From Candidatus Poribacteria bacterium (GTDB taxonomy: Bacteria; Poribacteria; WGA-4E; WGA-3G), in the NCBI GenBank assembly GCA_963663765.2, contig CAXXUA010000004.1, positions 1,129,508 through 1,193,507 of the forward strand: DNA of 64,000 bases. Reading direction: 5' to 3'. The notes under the pieces were generated by a model that saw only the letters and a program-made list of their open reading frames with translations, made no database searches and had not been told where the DNA came from. This document shows, piece after piece, positions 32,063 through 43,293 of this stretch. Position numbers and translations under genes: made by a program. Position 1 is the stretch's first letter; each line of letters begins with the position of its first letter.

Positions 32063-32187
32063 TGTGGGTTATCTGAAGCAGGATTCACAAATCAAGAAAT
32101 CAACGGTATGAATGCTATAAAGCATTCCTCATGATTTTCAGATGTGATGTAACATGTCCAAATATTACATCACAAAAGGAATTTATT

Positions 32188-33221
32188 ATGAAAAGAAGTT
32201 TATTGATACTCAGCATTTTCCTCGCCATGATGCTCGTTGCGTGCGGTGGTGATGAGACCACCACGCCTGTAGAAGACGACCAAATGGTGATGGATGACGA
32301 TAAAATGGATAACGGCACACAAACACCCGTAGACCCACCACCAGAACCTGAAAGAACCTATTATGAAGGCACACTTGTTGGGCATACGGGTGTTGTCTGG
32401 AGCGTAGCGTTTAGTCCGGATGGGAGCACAATCGCAAGTGGCAGTTGGGACAAAACTATTCGCCTGTGGGACACAAGTGATGGCACGCATATCCGCACAC
32501 TCACTACGAGTAGGGTCTACAGCGTAGCGTTTAGTCCGGATGGGAGCACAATCGCAAGTGGCGGTACGGACAGTACCATCCGTTTGTGGAACGCAAGTGA
32601 TGGCACACATATCCGCACACTCACTACGGATTTTGTCAGGTGCGTAGCATTTAGTCCGGATGGGAGCACCCTCGCAAGTGGCGGGGGGACAGAACCATCC
32701 GTTTGTGGAACCCAAGTGATGGCATGCATATCCGCACGTTCACAGGGCATACGGATGAAGTCTGGAGCGTATCGTTTAGTCCGGATGGTAACACCCTCGC
32801 AAGTGTCAGTCGGGACAGAACCGTTCGTTTGTGGAACGCAAATGATGGCACACATATCCGCACACTCACAGGACATACGAATACTGTCGTCAGCGTAGCG
32901 TTTAGTCCGGATGGTAGCACAATCGCAAGTGGTAGTCATGACAATACCGTCCGTTTGTGGAACGCAAGTGATGGCACACATATCCGCACACTCACTACGA
33001 ATTGGGTCTTAAGCGTAGCGTTTAGTCCGGATGGTAGCACAATCGCAAGTGGTAGTCATGACAGTACCATCCGTTTGTGGAACGCAAAAGATGGCACGCA
33101 TCTCCGCACACTCACAGGGAATACGAGTTCGGTCCAAAGCGTAGCGTTTAGTCCGGATGGTAATGCCCTCGCAAGTGGTAGTTGGGACAACACCGTGCGT
33201 CTTTGGGATGTTAGTGAGTGA
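32188..33221 (+). pseudogene. WD40-repeat lipoprotein 2 (7 blades), frameshifted at a G6 run
   Basis: Reading frames 32188 and 32703 join if one G is added at 32683-32688. Confidence 0.85.
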
Positions 33222-33593
33222 TGTTGGTTATCTGAACCAGGATTTTCAGGATTAGCAGATTTCCAGGATTATGAGTTTGGTTGGTTATGGTGCTAATCAC
33301 AAGTAAGCCTAAACGCACATCATATATACCTGGATTTTGTCCGAACCAGGATTCACAGGATTACCAGATTTTCAGGATTATGAGTTCGGTGCAGTGTGAT
33401 CCTATCCAAAAGTAAGCATAAACGCACATCATATATACCAGGATGTGGTAAATCCTGGTAATCTGGCAATCCTGAAAATCCTGGTTCAGACAAGAGGGCG
33501 CGCGGACAAAGCACACCAAATGAGACAAAACAATTGACATGTTTTCGTTTGTGATGTATTATGTCCAAATATTACACATAAAAGGAGTTTATT

Positions 33594-34646
33594 ATGAAAA
33601 GAAACTTATTGATACTCAGCATATTCCTCGCCATGATGCTCGTTGCGTGCGGTGGTGATGAGACCACCACGCCTATAGAAGACGACCAAATGGTGATGGA
33701 TGACGACAAAATGGATAACGGCACACAAACACCCGTAGACCCACCACCAGAACCTGAAAGAACCTATTATGAAGGCACACTTGTTGGGCATACGCATGTT
33801 GTCTACAGCGTAGCGTTTAGTCCGGATGGGAGCACAATCGCAAGTGGCAGTTGGGACAAAACTATTCGCCTGTGGGACACAAGTGATGGCACGCATATCC
33901 GCACACTCACAGGACATACGATTTCGGTCTTAAGCGTAGCGTTTAGTCCGGATGGTAGCACCCTCGCAAGTGGAAGTGTGAACGGAACCGTTCGTGTGTG
34001 GGACACAAACAGTGGGACAAATATCGGCACGCTAACAGGACATACGCTTTGGGTCCACAGCGTAGCGTTTAGTCCTGATGGTAGCACCATCGCCAGTGGG
34101 AGTATGGACAAAACCATCCGTTTGTGGAATGCAAGCAACGGCACACATATCCGCACACTCACAGGGCATACGTCGCAAGTCACCAGCGTAGCGTTCAGTC
34201 CTGATGGTAGCACCCTCGCAAGTGGTAGTAGAGACCACACTATCCGTTTGTGGAACGCAAATAACGGTACGCACATCCGCACACTCACAGGGCATACGTT
34301 TTGGGTCAACAGCGTAACGTTTAGTCCGGATGGTAGCACCCTCGCAAGTGGAAGTGATGACGATACCATCCGTTTGTGGAACGCAAATAACGGCACGCAT
34401 ATCCGAACACTCACAGGGCATACGGATGTTGTCAACAGCGTTGTTTTCAGTCCTGATGGTAGCACCCTCGCAAGTGGAAGTTGGGACAACACTATCCGTT
34501 TGTGGAACGCAAGCGACGGCACGCATATCCGAACACTCACAGGGCATACGCATTATGTCAGAAGCGTAGCGTTCAGTCCGGATGGTAATGCCCTCGCAAG
34601 TGGTAGTTGGGACAACACCGTGCGTCTGTGGGATGTTAGTGAGTGA
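33594..34646 (+). CDS. WD40-repeat lipoprotein 3 (7 blades)
   Basis: Same signal peptide and linker; 7 WD40 repeats. Confidence 0.93.
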   Translation: MKRNLLILSIFLAMMLVACGGDETTTPIEDDQMVMDDDKMDNGTQTPVDPPPEPERTYYEGTLVGHTHVVYSVAFSPDGSTIASGSWDKTIRLWDTSDGTHIRTLTGHTISVLSVAFSPDGSTLASGSVNGTVRVWDTNSGTNIGTLTGHTLWVHSVAFSPDGSTIASGSMDKTIRLWNASNGTHIRTLTGHTSQVTSVAFSPDGSTLASGSRDHTIRLWNANNGTHIRTLTGHTFWVNSVTFSPDGSTLASGSDDDTIRLWNANNGTHIRTLTGHTDVVNSVVFSPDGSTLASGSWDNTIRLWNASDGTHIRTLTGHTHYVRSVAFSPDGNALASGSWDNTVRLWDVSE

Positions 34647-34816
34647 TGTTGGTTATCTGAACCAGGATGGACAAATCAAGAAATCAACGGTATGAATCAT
34701 GGCGAATGCCATACGCGCATTCGCCCAAAACAACGGTATGAATGCTATAAAGCATTCCTCATGATTTTCAGAGGTAATGTAACATGTCCATATATTATAT
34801 ACAAAAGGAGTTTATT

Positions 34817-35869
34817 ATGAAAAGAAGTTTAGTGATACTCAGCATATTCCTCGCTATGATGCTCGTTGCGTGCGGTGGTGATGAGACCACCACGCCTATA
34901 GAAGACGACAAAATGGTGATGGATGACGACCAAATGGATAACGGCACACAAACACCCGTAGACCCACCACCAGAACCTGAAAGAACCTATTATGAAGGCA
35001 CACTTGTTGGGCATACGGATATTGTCATCAGCGTGGCGTTTAGTCCGGATGGCAATACCCTTGCGAGTGGAAGTTATGACGATACTATTCGCCTGTGGGA
35101 CACAAGCGACGGCAGACCGATACGTATATTATCTGGGCATACAAATAATGTCACCAGCGTATCGTTTAGTCCTGATGGTAGCACCATCGCAAGTGGCAGT
35201 CAGGACAATACCGTTCGCGTGTGGGACACAAACAGTGGAACAAATATCGGCACTCTCACAGGGCATACGTTTGCTGTCACCAGCGTATCGTTTAGTCCTG
35301 ATGGTAGCACCATCGCAAGTGGCAGTTGGGACGACACCATCCGATTGTGGAACGCAAGTAACGGCACACATATCCGCACGTTCACAGAGCATACGAATAA
35401 TGTCACCAGCGTATCGTTTAGTCCTGATGGTAGCACCATCGCAAGTGGAAGTGCGGACAAGTCAGTCCGTTTGTGGAACGCAAACTTTGGCACACATATC
35501 CGCAGGCTCACAGGGCATACGACCTTGGTCAGCAGCGTATCGTTTAGTCCTGATGGTAGCACCATCGCAAGTTGTAGTTATGACGATACCATCCGTTTGT
35601 GGAACGCAAGTAACGGCAACCATATCCGCACGTTCACAGGGCATACGCATGATGTCATAAGCGTAGCGTTTAGTCCAGATGAGAGCACCCTTGCGAGTGG
35701 AAGTTCGGACGACACCATCCGATTGTGGAACTCAAATGACGGCACGCATATCCGCACACTCACAGGGCATACGAGTAATGTCACCAGCGTATCGTTTAGT
35801 CCAGATGGTAATGCCCTCGCAAGTGGAAGTTGGGGCAACACCGTGCGTCTGTGGGATGTTAGTGAGTGA
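34817..35869 (+). CDS. WD40-repeat lipoprotein 4 (7 blades)
   Basis: Same signal peptide and linker; 7 WD40 repeats. Confidence 0.93.
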   Translation: MKRSLVILSIFLAMMLVACGGDETTTPIEDDKMVMDDDQMDNGTQTPVDPPPEPERTYYEGTLVGHTDIVISVAFSPDGNTLASGSYDDTIRLWDTSDGRPIRILSGHTNNVTSVSFSPDGSTIASGSQDNTVRVWDTNSGTNIGTLTGHTFAVTSVSFSPDGSTIASGSWDDTIRLWNASNGTHIRTFTEHTNNVTSVSFSPDGSTIASGSADKSVRLWNANFGTHIRRLTGHTTLVSSVSFSPDGSTIASCSYDDTIRLWNASNGNHIRTFTGHTHDVISVAFSPDESTLASGSSDDTIRLWNSNDGTHIRTLTGHTSNVTSVSFSPDGNALASGSWGNTVRLWDVSE

Positions 35870-37015
35870 TGTTGGTTATCTGAACCAGGATTTACAAATC
35901 AAGAAATCAACGGTATGAATGCTATAAAGCATTCCCCCAAATCAACGGTATGAATCATGGCGAATGCCATACGCGCATTCGCCATGATTCATACCGTTGA
36001 TTTCTTGATTTCTTGATTTCTTGATTTGGTGCTTTGTAAGCGCGTTGGATGCACAAATAATGTTGAAAATTACATCATTTTCATCACAATTCTTGATTAA
36101 ATCATGAAAACTGCGTAAGTCCTGTTTAAGAAAAAATGTTAGTGTTTCTCTTGTGGGAGGGGTTTGTAACCCCGATTATACAGGTTTCAATTTGCTAAAT
36201 CGAGGTTGAAAACCCCTCACACAAAAGGTCAAAATCCTTAAATTGACGCTTATGGTTGAAGGGATTTTCAACGCCAACCAGAAATCCGTCACAAACAAAA
36301 ACACATCTATCATGTAAACCAACATCATACATCAAAGACACCTTCAATGTTTTCATTTCTTTCACCGTCCTCTGCGATTCAGTCAATGTAACAATCAACC
36401 ATCAGATTACCAATAGCCAATCCCCAAATCTATAGTATATCTATTGGAAATCCCAATAAACAAACCTAAAAAAACCATCCATATCACCACATCATCAAAT
36501 ATAATATTAACGAGTTGTGCTAAATAACTATATGTTAATCATTGTTTCACAGAAGCATGACGTTTTGCTGGTGTCCTTCATAGTTTGAAACGATCTTCAG
36601 TCCCGTAGGGACGATATGTTTATAGAAAACGTCATACGTACATCCTCTTTAGTCCCGTAGGGACGATATGTGTGCATTATAAACCTAATATCTGTAAAAA
36701 CTTTCAAAACAATTGGTTAACTGGCACAAGTCTTAATGAGACAAGATTTATTTGAATTGGTATAATCATACAGTAAACTACCTTCTAACTCTATTCAATC
36801 AATCCTAAAGTTTGATACTCCCGTGCAACTTCTGTTCTACGCTTCGAACCAACTGACTGATTCTCGGTGGGCTGAGTTTCAACATTTTATCAATATCACA
36901 ATTTGACATATATTCGCGAATGTGGACGAAAACCTCTTGTTCACGTGGAGTCAGTTTTCATGAGAACCGCGCATCTGCGCGGTTCCCGTTATAAACAGCA
37001 CGGTAATAATAACTA

Positions 37016-37816
37016 TAGTTTGGACAATTTTTTTCCAACATGTTTTGATAAGAAATTGGTGCACCGCTTATGTTACCAAATCAAGACATAATGACCAAAA
37101 CTCAGGGTTATTTAGTTTTAGGTTTTTTTGATGATTATTTGCTATAACGTTAATTTTATGTGTTGCCATCTTGTCCATGTCTTTAGTCCCGTAGGGACGA
37201 TATGTTTATAGATAAATGTTATCTACTCCTCTTGAGTTCCGTAGGAACGGCATATAAGAATAAACATATCGTCCCTACGGGACTAAAGAGCTGGGAAGGT
37301 CACTCGTTTTCTATAAACATATCGTCCCTACGGGACTAAAGAGCTGGGAAGGTCACTCGTTTTCTATAAACATATCGTCCCTACGGGACTAAAGAGCTGG
37401 GAAGGTCACTCGTTTTCTATAAACATATCGTCCCTACCAAATCAACGCCAATGGGCCAAATCAACGGTATGAATGCCATTAAGGCATTCCCCGTATGGCA
37501 TTTGTCGGGACTAAAGAGCGATGTTCAGGTTTCAATAATCTAAAATTGATGTATAAGGTGCAGTTAGGAAACTGCATTTGGGTATTAACTTTCAGTAAAT
37601 CGAAATAACAGAAAGCTTTTAAAACTGAATAACCCTGACCAAAACGGAACTTTCTTTGCTGCAGCGGAGCAATATGTTTATAGTCACATTGTCAGCCAAC
37701 ATAGCACTCCGCTGGAGCACATCATTTTCTCCAGTTTCACAAATATACGAAACTCGTAGAAAAATAGACGTTCTGTTGAATAATCAACTTCTACAAGATG
37801 AAAATTGTCCAAACTA
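37016..37816. mobile_element. Non-autonomous IS630-like element (TA-bounded) containing a nested MITE
   Basis: Perfect 16-bp TIR TAGTTTGGACAATTTT/AAAATTGTCCAAACTA; no transposase. Confidence 0.75.
37103..37637. mobile_element. CAGGGTTAT-family MITE with tandem GTCCCGTAGGGACGATATG repeats
   Basis: TIRs; 9-bp TSD ACCAAAAC(T/G). Confidence 0.85.
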
Positions 37817-39065
37817 GTAGATAGTCCATTCTAATTGTTCGGGTATAGATGTTTTAATCGTACGCGTGCATCGTCCGTTGTAAATTGCCAGTTTACCTGC
37901 TTTTGCTCTGCATTTCGCCGTTTTTGCCAGGCTTGTGTCTCTCTATGGAGTGTCTCTATATCTGGGATACGCCGACACAAACATTGACGCGTAAGGACAC
38001 TCAGTTCTATTTCCGCTATATTCAACCAACTTCCATGTACTGGCGTATGCACGATTTCTAAACGCTTACGCAACCTATTTGCTTCCTCATCTCCAAACAC
38101 TTTATTGAGCGTCGAAAGTTTGTGTATATTCAGGTTGTCACAAACTAAAATCACACTTTTTGCTGATGAGTAGTCCTGATCCAATAGTATTTTTACTTCT
38201 TCTGCCCAATCCTCTGCCTTTCTGCGCGTCCGAACAGACACACGCCTCCATCCCGATAATGCTTCTGTGAATAGGAAGATATTTGCCGTGCCTTTGCGTT
38301 TATACTCATTATCTACACGCTTGACTTGCCCCGGTTTCACAGGATGCGGATCCCGAACATCATCCCTAAGCGTGACAGATTGTTCGTCCATGTTCACAAC
38401 AGGTATTTCTGTATCTAAAGGTTTCTGGTAAAGATCAAGCACTTCTTCCATCGACTTTACAAACTCAGCATCTTTTTCAGGGGGAATCACCCACTGTTGC
38501 TGAAGGTGCGGCTTCAAAGCGTTTTTTTTAGTGTCTGTCTTACCGTTTCTGGAGAAATGCTTTCCACGATTTCAAGTCTTACCAATTCTGACGCAAGTAG
38601 GCGTAAAGTCCATTTAGCAGCACCTTCGGGAGGTTCGCTACAACTCAGTGCTATCAAGCGTGCTTCAGCTTCACCATCAAGTTTACGAGGTGTGGGAGGA
38701 TGCTCTCGCTTAGCACGAAATAAGACACGAGAAAAACCACCTACAGCAAAACGCTTACGCACTTTCGCGACTGTCCTATCAGTGCACTCATACGCTTCAG
38801 CTATTTTCCCATCAGTCCAACCGGGACCATTGACATCTGATTTCAGCAAAATATGAGCATTCCTTATCTTATACGCCTCTTTTTTACCTGTGTTTATACA
38901 ATCTAACAACTCCTGCCGCTCCGAATCAGTGAGTTTTACAACATATTTCTTAGTCAAGGTTGTGTTCCTCCTTAAGTTTTGCTATACTATAAGAGAAAAA
39001 CTCTTGTTTGTCAAGATACTAAGAAACAAAAAAATAAATACAAACTTTTAGTATGGACTATCTAC
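37817..39065 (-). mobile_element. IS630-family element, copy 1
   Basis: TIR GTAGATAGTCCAT flanked by TA at both ends. Confidence 0.92.
37831..38957 (-). CDS. IS630 transposase, orfA (HTH) plus orfB (DDE) joined by a -1 frameshift at an A8 run
   Basis: orfA ends CTAAAAAAAACGCTTTGA overlapping orfB; MDEQ, VCDNLNIH, HTPVHGSWLNIAEIE. Confidence 0.9.
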
Positions 39066-39083
39066 TAGAGTAATAATCTACTA

Positions 39084-40332
39084 GTAGATAGTCCATTCTA
39101 ATTGTTCGGGTATAGATGTTTTAATCGTACGCGTGCATCGTCCGTTGTAAATTGCCAGTTTACCTGCTTTTGCTCTGCATTTCGCCGTTTTTGCCAGGCT
39201 TGTGTCTCTCTATGGAGTGTCTCTATATCTGGGATACGCCGACACAAACATTGACGCGTAAGGACACTCAGTTCTATTTCCGCTATATTCAACCAACTTC
39301 CATGTACTGGCGTATGCACGATTTCTAAACGCTTACGCAACCTATTTGCTTCCTCATCTCCAAACACTTTATTGAGCGTCGAAAGTTTGTGTATATTCAG
39401 GTTGTCACAAACTAAAATCACACTTTTTGCTGATGAGTAGTCCTGATCCAATAGTATTTTTACTTCTTCTGCCCAATCCTCTGCCTTTCTGCGCGTCCGA
39501 ACAGACACACGCCTCCATCCCGATAATGCTTCTGTGAATAGGAAGATATTTGCCGTGCCTTTGCGTTTATACTCATTATCTACACGCTTGACTTGCCCCG
39601 GTTTCACAGGATGCGGATCCCGAACATCATCCCTAAGCGTGACAGATTGTTCGTCCATGTTCACAACAGGTATTTCTGTATCTAAAGGTTTCTGGTAAAG
39701 ATCAAGCACTTCTTCCATCGACTTTACAAACTCAGCATCTTTTTCAGGGGGAATCACCCACTGTTGCTGAAGGTGCGGCTTCAAAGCGTTTTTTTTAGTG
39801 TCTGTCTTACCGTTTCTGGAGAAATGCTTTCCACGATTTCAAGTCTTACCAATTCTGACGCAAGTAGGCGTAAAGTCCATTTAGCAGCACCTTCGGGAGG
39901 TTCGCTACAACTCAGTGCTATCAAGCGTGCTTCAGCTTCACCATCAAGTTTACGAGGTGTGGGAGGATGCTCTCGCTTAGCACGAAATAAGACACGAGAA
40001 AAACCACCTTCAGCAAAACGCTTACGCACTTTCGCGACTGTCCTATCAGTGCACTCATACGCTTCAGCTATTTTCCCATCAGTCCAACCGGGACCATTGA
40101 CATCTGATTTCAGCAAAATATGAGCATTCCTTATCTTATACGCCTCTTTTTTACCTGTGTTTATACAATCTAACAACTCCTGCCGCTCCGAATCAGTGAG
40201 TTTTACAACATATTTCTTAGTCAAGGTTGTGTTCCTCCTTAAGTTTTGCTATACTATAAGAGAAAAACTCTTGTTTGTCAAGATACTAAGAAACAAAAAA
40301 ATAAATACAAACTTTTAGTATGGACTATCTAC
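39084..40332 (-). mobile_element. IS630-family element, copy 2
   Basis: Near-identical to copy 1, period 1267 bp. Confidence 0.92.
39098..40224 (-). CDS. IS630 transposase orfA/orfB (programmed frameshift)
   Basis: Identical protein except V/E in orfA (FAVGG vs FAEGG). Confidence 0.9.
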
Positions 40333-40377
40333 TAGAGTAATAATAAGAAAAACGCAAAAATAGTTCTTCATATCAAA

Positions 40378-41142
40378 TCACTCCTTTGATAAATTTAAAA
40401 ATTCATAGGGATCAATACCCCCATCAGGATATGTGTAAATTTTGAAGTGACTTGGTATATCATCTTCTGAAAGGCTACCCTTTGTTATGTCATCAAAACC
40501 ATCGTCTGGATGTCCCGTAGAACGAGCAACATATCTTTTAACACGACCAAACAGATTTTTCCGTGTTTCCCATTCAACGTAACGGACACCCTCTATGATC
40601 GGATAAATGAGTCCATTTCGTTTATAAGTTACTCCTTCAGCTCGTATACCTTGTTGGTATAACTTAACTCGAACACGAGCGAGTAACTCATGATGAGGCA
40701 TCTTTGACATATTCTCCCAGAAAATATTCACCTTATCCTTTGGAACACGCATCTCCTCTGGAATTTCTGGATAGGGTCCAAAGCCATTTGGTGACACTGA
40801 GACTTTTGCATCCGTTGCGGTTTCCGTTGGTGTTTCAGATTGCTGTTGTTCTGCCGTTTCCGTATTACTTTCAGCTTCAGTGGTTACTTCTGTTATAGGT
40901 TTCCTTGCAGTTGGTGTCGCGCTTTCTGCAGGTACTATATCCATAGTACCTTCCGTCACGCTGTCCGTATCGGAGACTTTTTTGGCTACCTCCGATTGGC
41001 GCAGCCGTTTTTCTGGCTCAGCCGCTGCCTTTTTCTCATCTGCTATATCGTGCTGATACCACAATACGCACGCAACAGCAAACACAATCAGGCAGACAAT
41101 ACCACCGAGTAACCATTTGTTGGTGAGAATACCACGATACAT
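40378..41142 (-). CDS. Membrane-anchored hypothetical protein
   Basis: Start MYRGILTNKW after AAGGAGG; N-terminal TM; T/E-rich linker; VSPNGFGPYPEIP motif. Confidence 0.7.
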   Translation of the reverse strand: MYRGILTNKWLLGGIVCLIVFAVACVLWYQHDIADEKKAAAEPEKRLRQSEVAKKVSDTDSVTEGTMDIVPAESATPTARKPITEVTTEAESNTETAEQQQSETPTETATDAKVSVSPNGFGPYPEIPEEMRVPKDKVNIFWENMSKMPHHELLARVRVKLYQQGIRAEGVTYKRNGLIYPIIEGVRYVEWETRKNLFGRVKRYVARSTGHPDDGFDDITKGSLSEDDIPSHFKIYTYPDGGIDPYEFLNLSKE

Positions 41143-41196
41143 CGTAAACCTCCTTCTGTTGTATGAAAATAATAAAACAACCACGCCAAAAGAAAT

Positions 41197-42425
41197 ATCA
41201 AGGTTATTCAGTGTTCCTAATAATCGAATTTTGCAAATTGAAACCCCACGGTAGGAGCGACCTCCCGGTTGCGATTTTCTCAAGAAACGAGTAAAATGGG
41301 TAAAACTGAATAACCCTGGCAAAATATAGATTTGCTGGCAATTTTAAACAATTATAACGTGAGTTTCATAAATTATACCAATTCAAATAAATCTTGCCTC
41401 ATTAAGGAATTCTACTGTTTACTGGCAGGGGGCTACTCTCTTCGGTAGGAGCGACCTCCCGGTCGCGATTTTCTCAAGAAACGAGTAAAATGGGTAAAAC
41501 TGAATAACCCTGGCAAAATATCAAGGATATTCAGTTTTCCTAATTTTTGGATTTTTCAAAAAAGAAACCACACGGTAGGAGCGACCTCCCGGTCGCGATT
41601 TTCTCAGAAAACGACTAAAATGCCTCAGACTAAATAACCCTGCGAAAAACAAGGATATTCAGTTTTAGGTATTATTGATATTATTTTACTATGACGTTAA
41701 TTTATGCGTTGTCATCTTGTTTTCTCTTTAGTCTCGTAGAGACGATATGTTTATAGATAAGTGTTATCCACCCCTCATGAGTTCCGTAGGAACGGCATAG
41801 AAGAATAACCATTTCGTCCATACGGGACTAAAGACAGATGTACAGGTATCAATAATCTAAAATTGATGCATAAGGTGCAGTTAGGAAACCTTATCTACAG
41901 CAATTATATATTAACTTTCAGTAAATCTTAATAATAGAAGACTATTAAAACTGAATAACCCTAACGAAAAAACCACCGGCATTCAATTGTCACTTGAATT
42001 TCTGGTGGGAGGGTCTGTAACCCCGACATCCCTCGGTAGGAGCGACCTCCCGGTCGCGATTTTCTCAGAAAACGACTAAAATGCCTAAAACTGAATAACC
42101 CTGCCAACAGGCCAGGGTTATTCAGTTTAAAGAATCTATCGTTAAACCAGTTAACTTTGGGTTAATATTAGTGATTATATACGATTCTTATGGTATTCTT
42201 AATTTTTGTCTGAACAAGGATTTTTAGGATTAATAGATTATCAAGATTTTTCTCATCAGATCCTATTCCAAAAGAGGGCATAAACACATATCAAAAACCC
42301 TTGACGAGGTAAATCCTGGAAATCTGCTAATCCTGAAAATCCTGGTTCAGACAAAAAATAAACTAACTCAAGGATTAACGACTGTGATAGAATTTACTCA
42401 ATAAATTGAAAACTGAATAACCCTG
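41197..42425. repeat. Pile-up of at least five CA(G/A)GG(T/A)TATTCAG..CTGAATAACCCTG MITE ends with REP cargo and other IS-like ends
   Basis: Repeated AAACT(G/A)AATAACCCT termini at ~41318, 41512, 41642, 41962, 42103, 42425; IS982-like ACGTGAGTTT at ~41357. Confidence 0.8.
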
Positions 42426-42721
42426 TAAAAAATCCATTTTGTTGTTTTTTTGGAAATTTCACAAATTCAGAATATCGCTATAAACCCACATCACGACACA
42501 AACGAGAACACTTCTAAAAAAACACAAAAAACAACTAAAATATTTCCAATACCTTCGCCATTTTGAGTGCTTCAGTTGAATGAGTATATAGTGTTGATCT
42601 ACCATTGCTCTGTGATATTGTTAGGATTACATAAATAAAAATAACTTCAGGTTTTCGTTGAAGTATTTTTAATTATCATAGCGTCTAATTTGACGATAGA
42701 ATCTGACAGAATAATTTATAT

Positions 42722-43090
42722 GCACAATCTGGAAGAATGTGCTACAACTACACGCACAATCTGGAAGAATGTGCTACAACTACACGCACAATCTGGAAGA
42801 ATGTGCTACAACTGACCGCACAATCTGGAAGAATGTGCTACAACTGACCGCACAATCTGGAAGAATGTGCTACAACTACACGCACAATCTGGAAGAATGT
42901 GCTACAACTGACCGCACAATCTGGAAGAATGTGCTACAACTACACGCACAATCTGGAAGAATGTGCTACAACTGACCGCACAATCTGGAAGAATGTGCTA
43001 CAACTACACGCACAATCTGGAAGAATGTGCTACAACTGACCGCACAATCTGGAAGAATGTGCTACATCTGACGACACAATCTGACAGAAT
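42722..43090 (-). repeat. Tandem array of 11 (plus 1 degenerate) 32-bp REP units
   Basis: GCACAATCTGGAAGAATGTGCTACAACT(ACAC|GACC); minus strand reads GTAGCACATTCT-TCC-AGATTGTGC (GTAG plus hairpin). Confidence 0.92.
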
Positions 43091-43293
43091 GTCTATTATT
43101 GGCGAAGGTATTGTATTTCACAATACTGTAAAAAAGAACGGGATCTAATGCACCAACTCAAAAATCATCGAAATCCGAGTAATCTGTGTAATCCGTGATT
43201 CTGCACAAATATCCGAGAAATCCGAGAAATCCGAGTAATCAAAAAGAATATCAAAGAGACATATATCAAAAAATCTTAATGTAAACCCTACTT

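Noticed and set aside
30925-35918. Many antisense and alternate-frame ORFs over the WD40 genes
   Set aside because: Shadows of repetitive coding sequence
36195-36510. Possible small membrane gene
   Set aside because: Multiple stops in the frames examined and no recognisable family; at most a decayed remnant
42722-43090. Possible CRISPR array (28-bp palindromic repeat)
   Set aside because: Intervening sequences are only 4 nt with two states; no unique spacers and no cas genes
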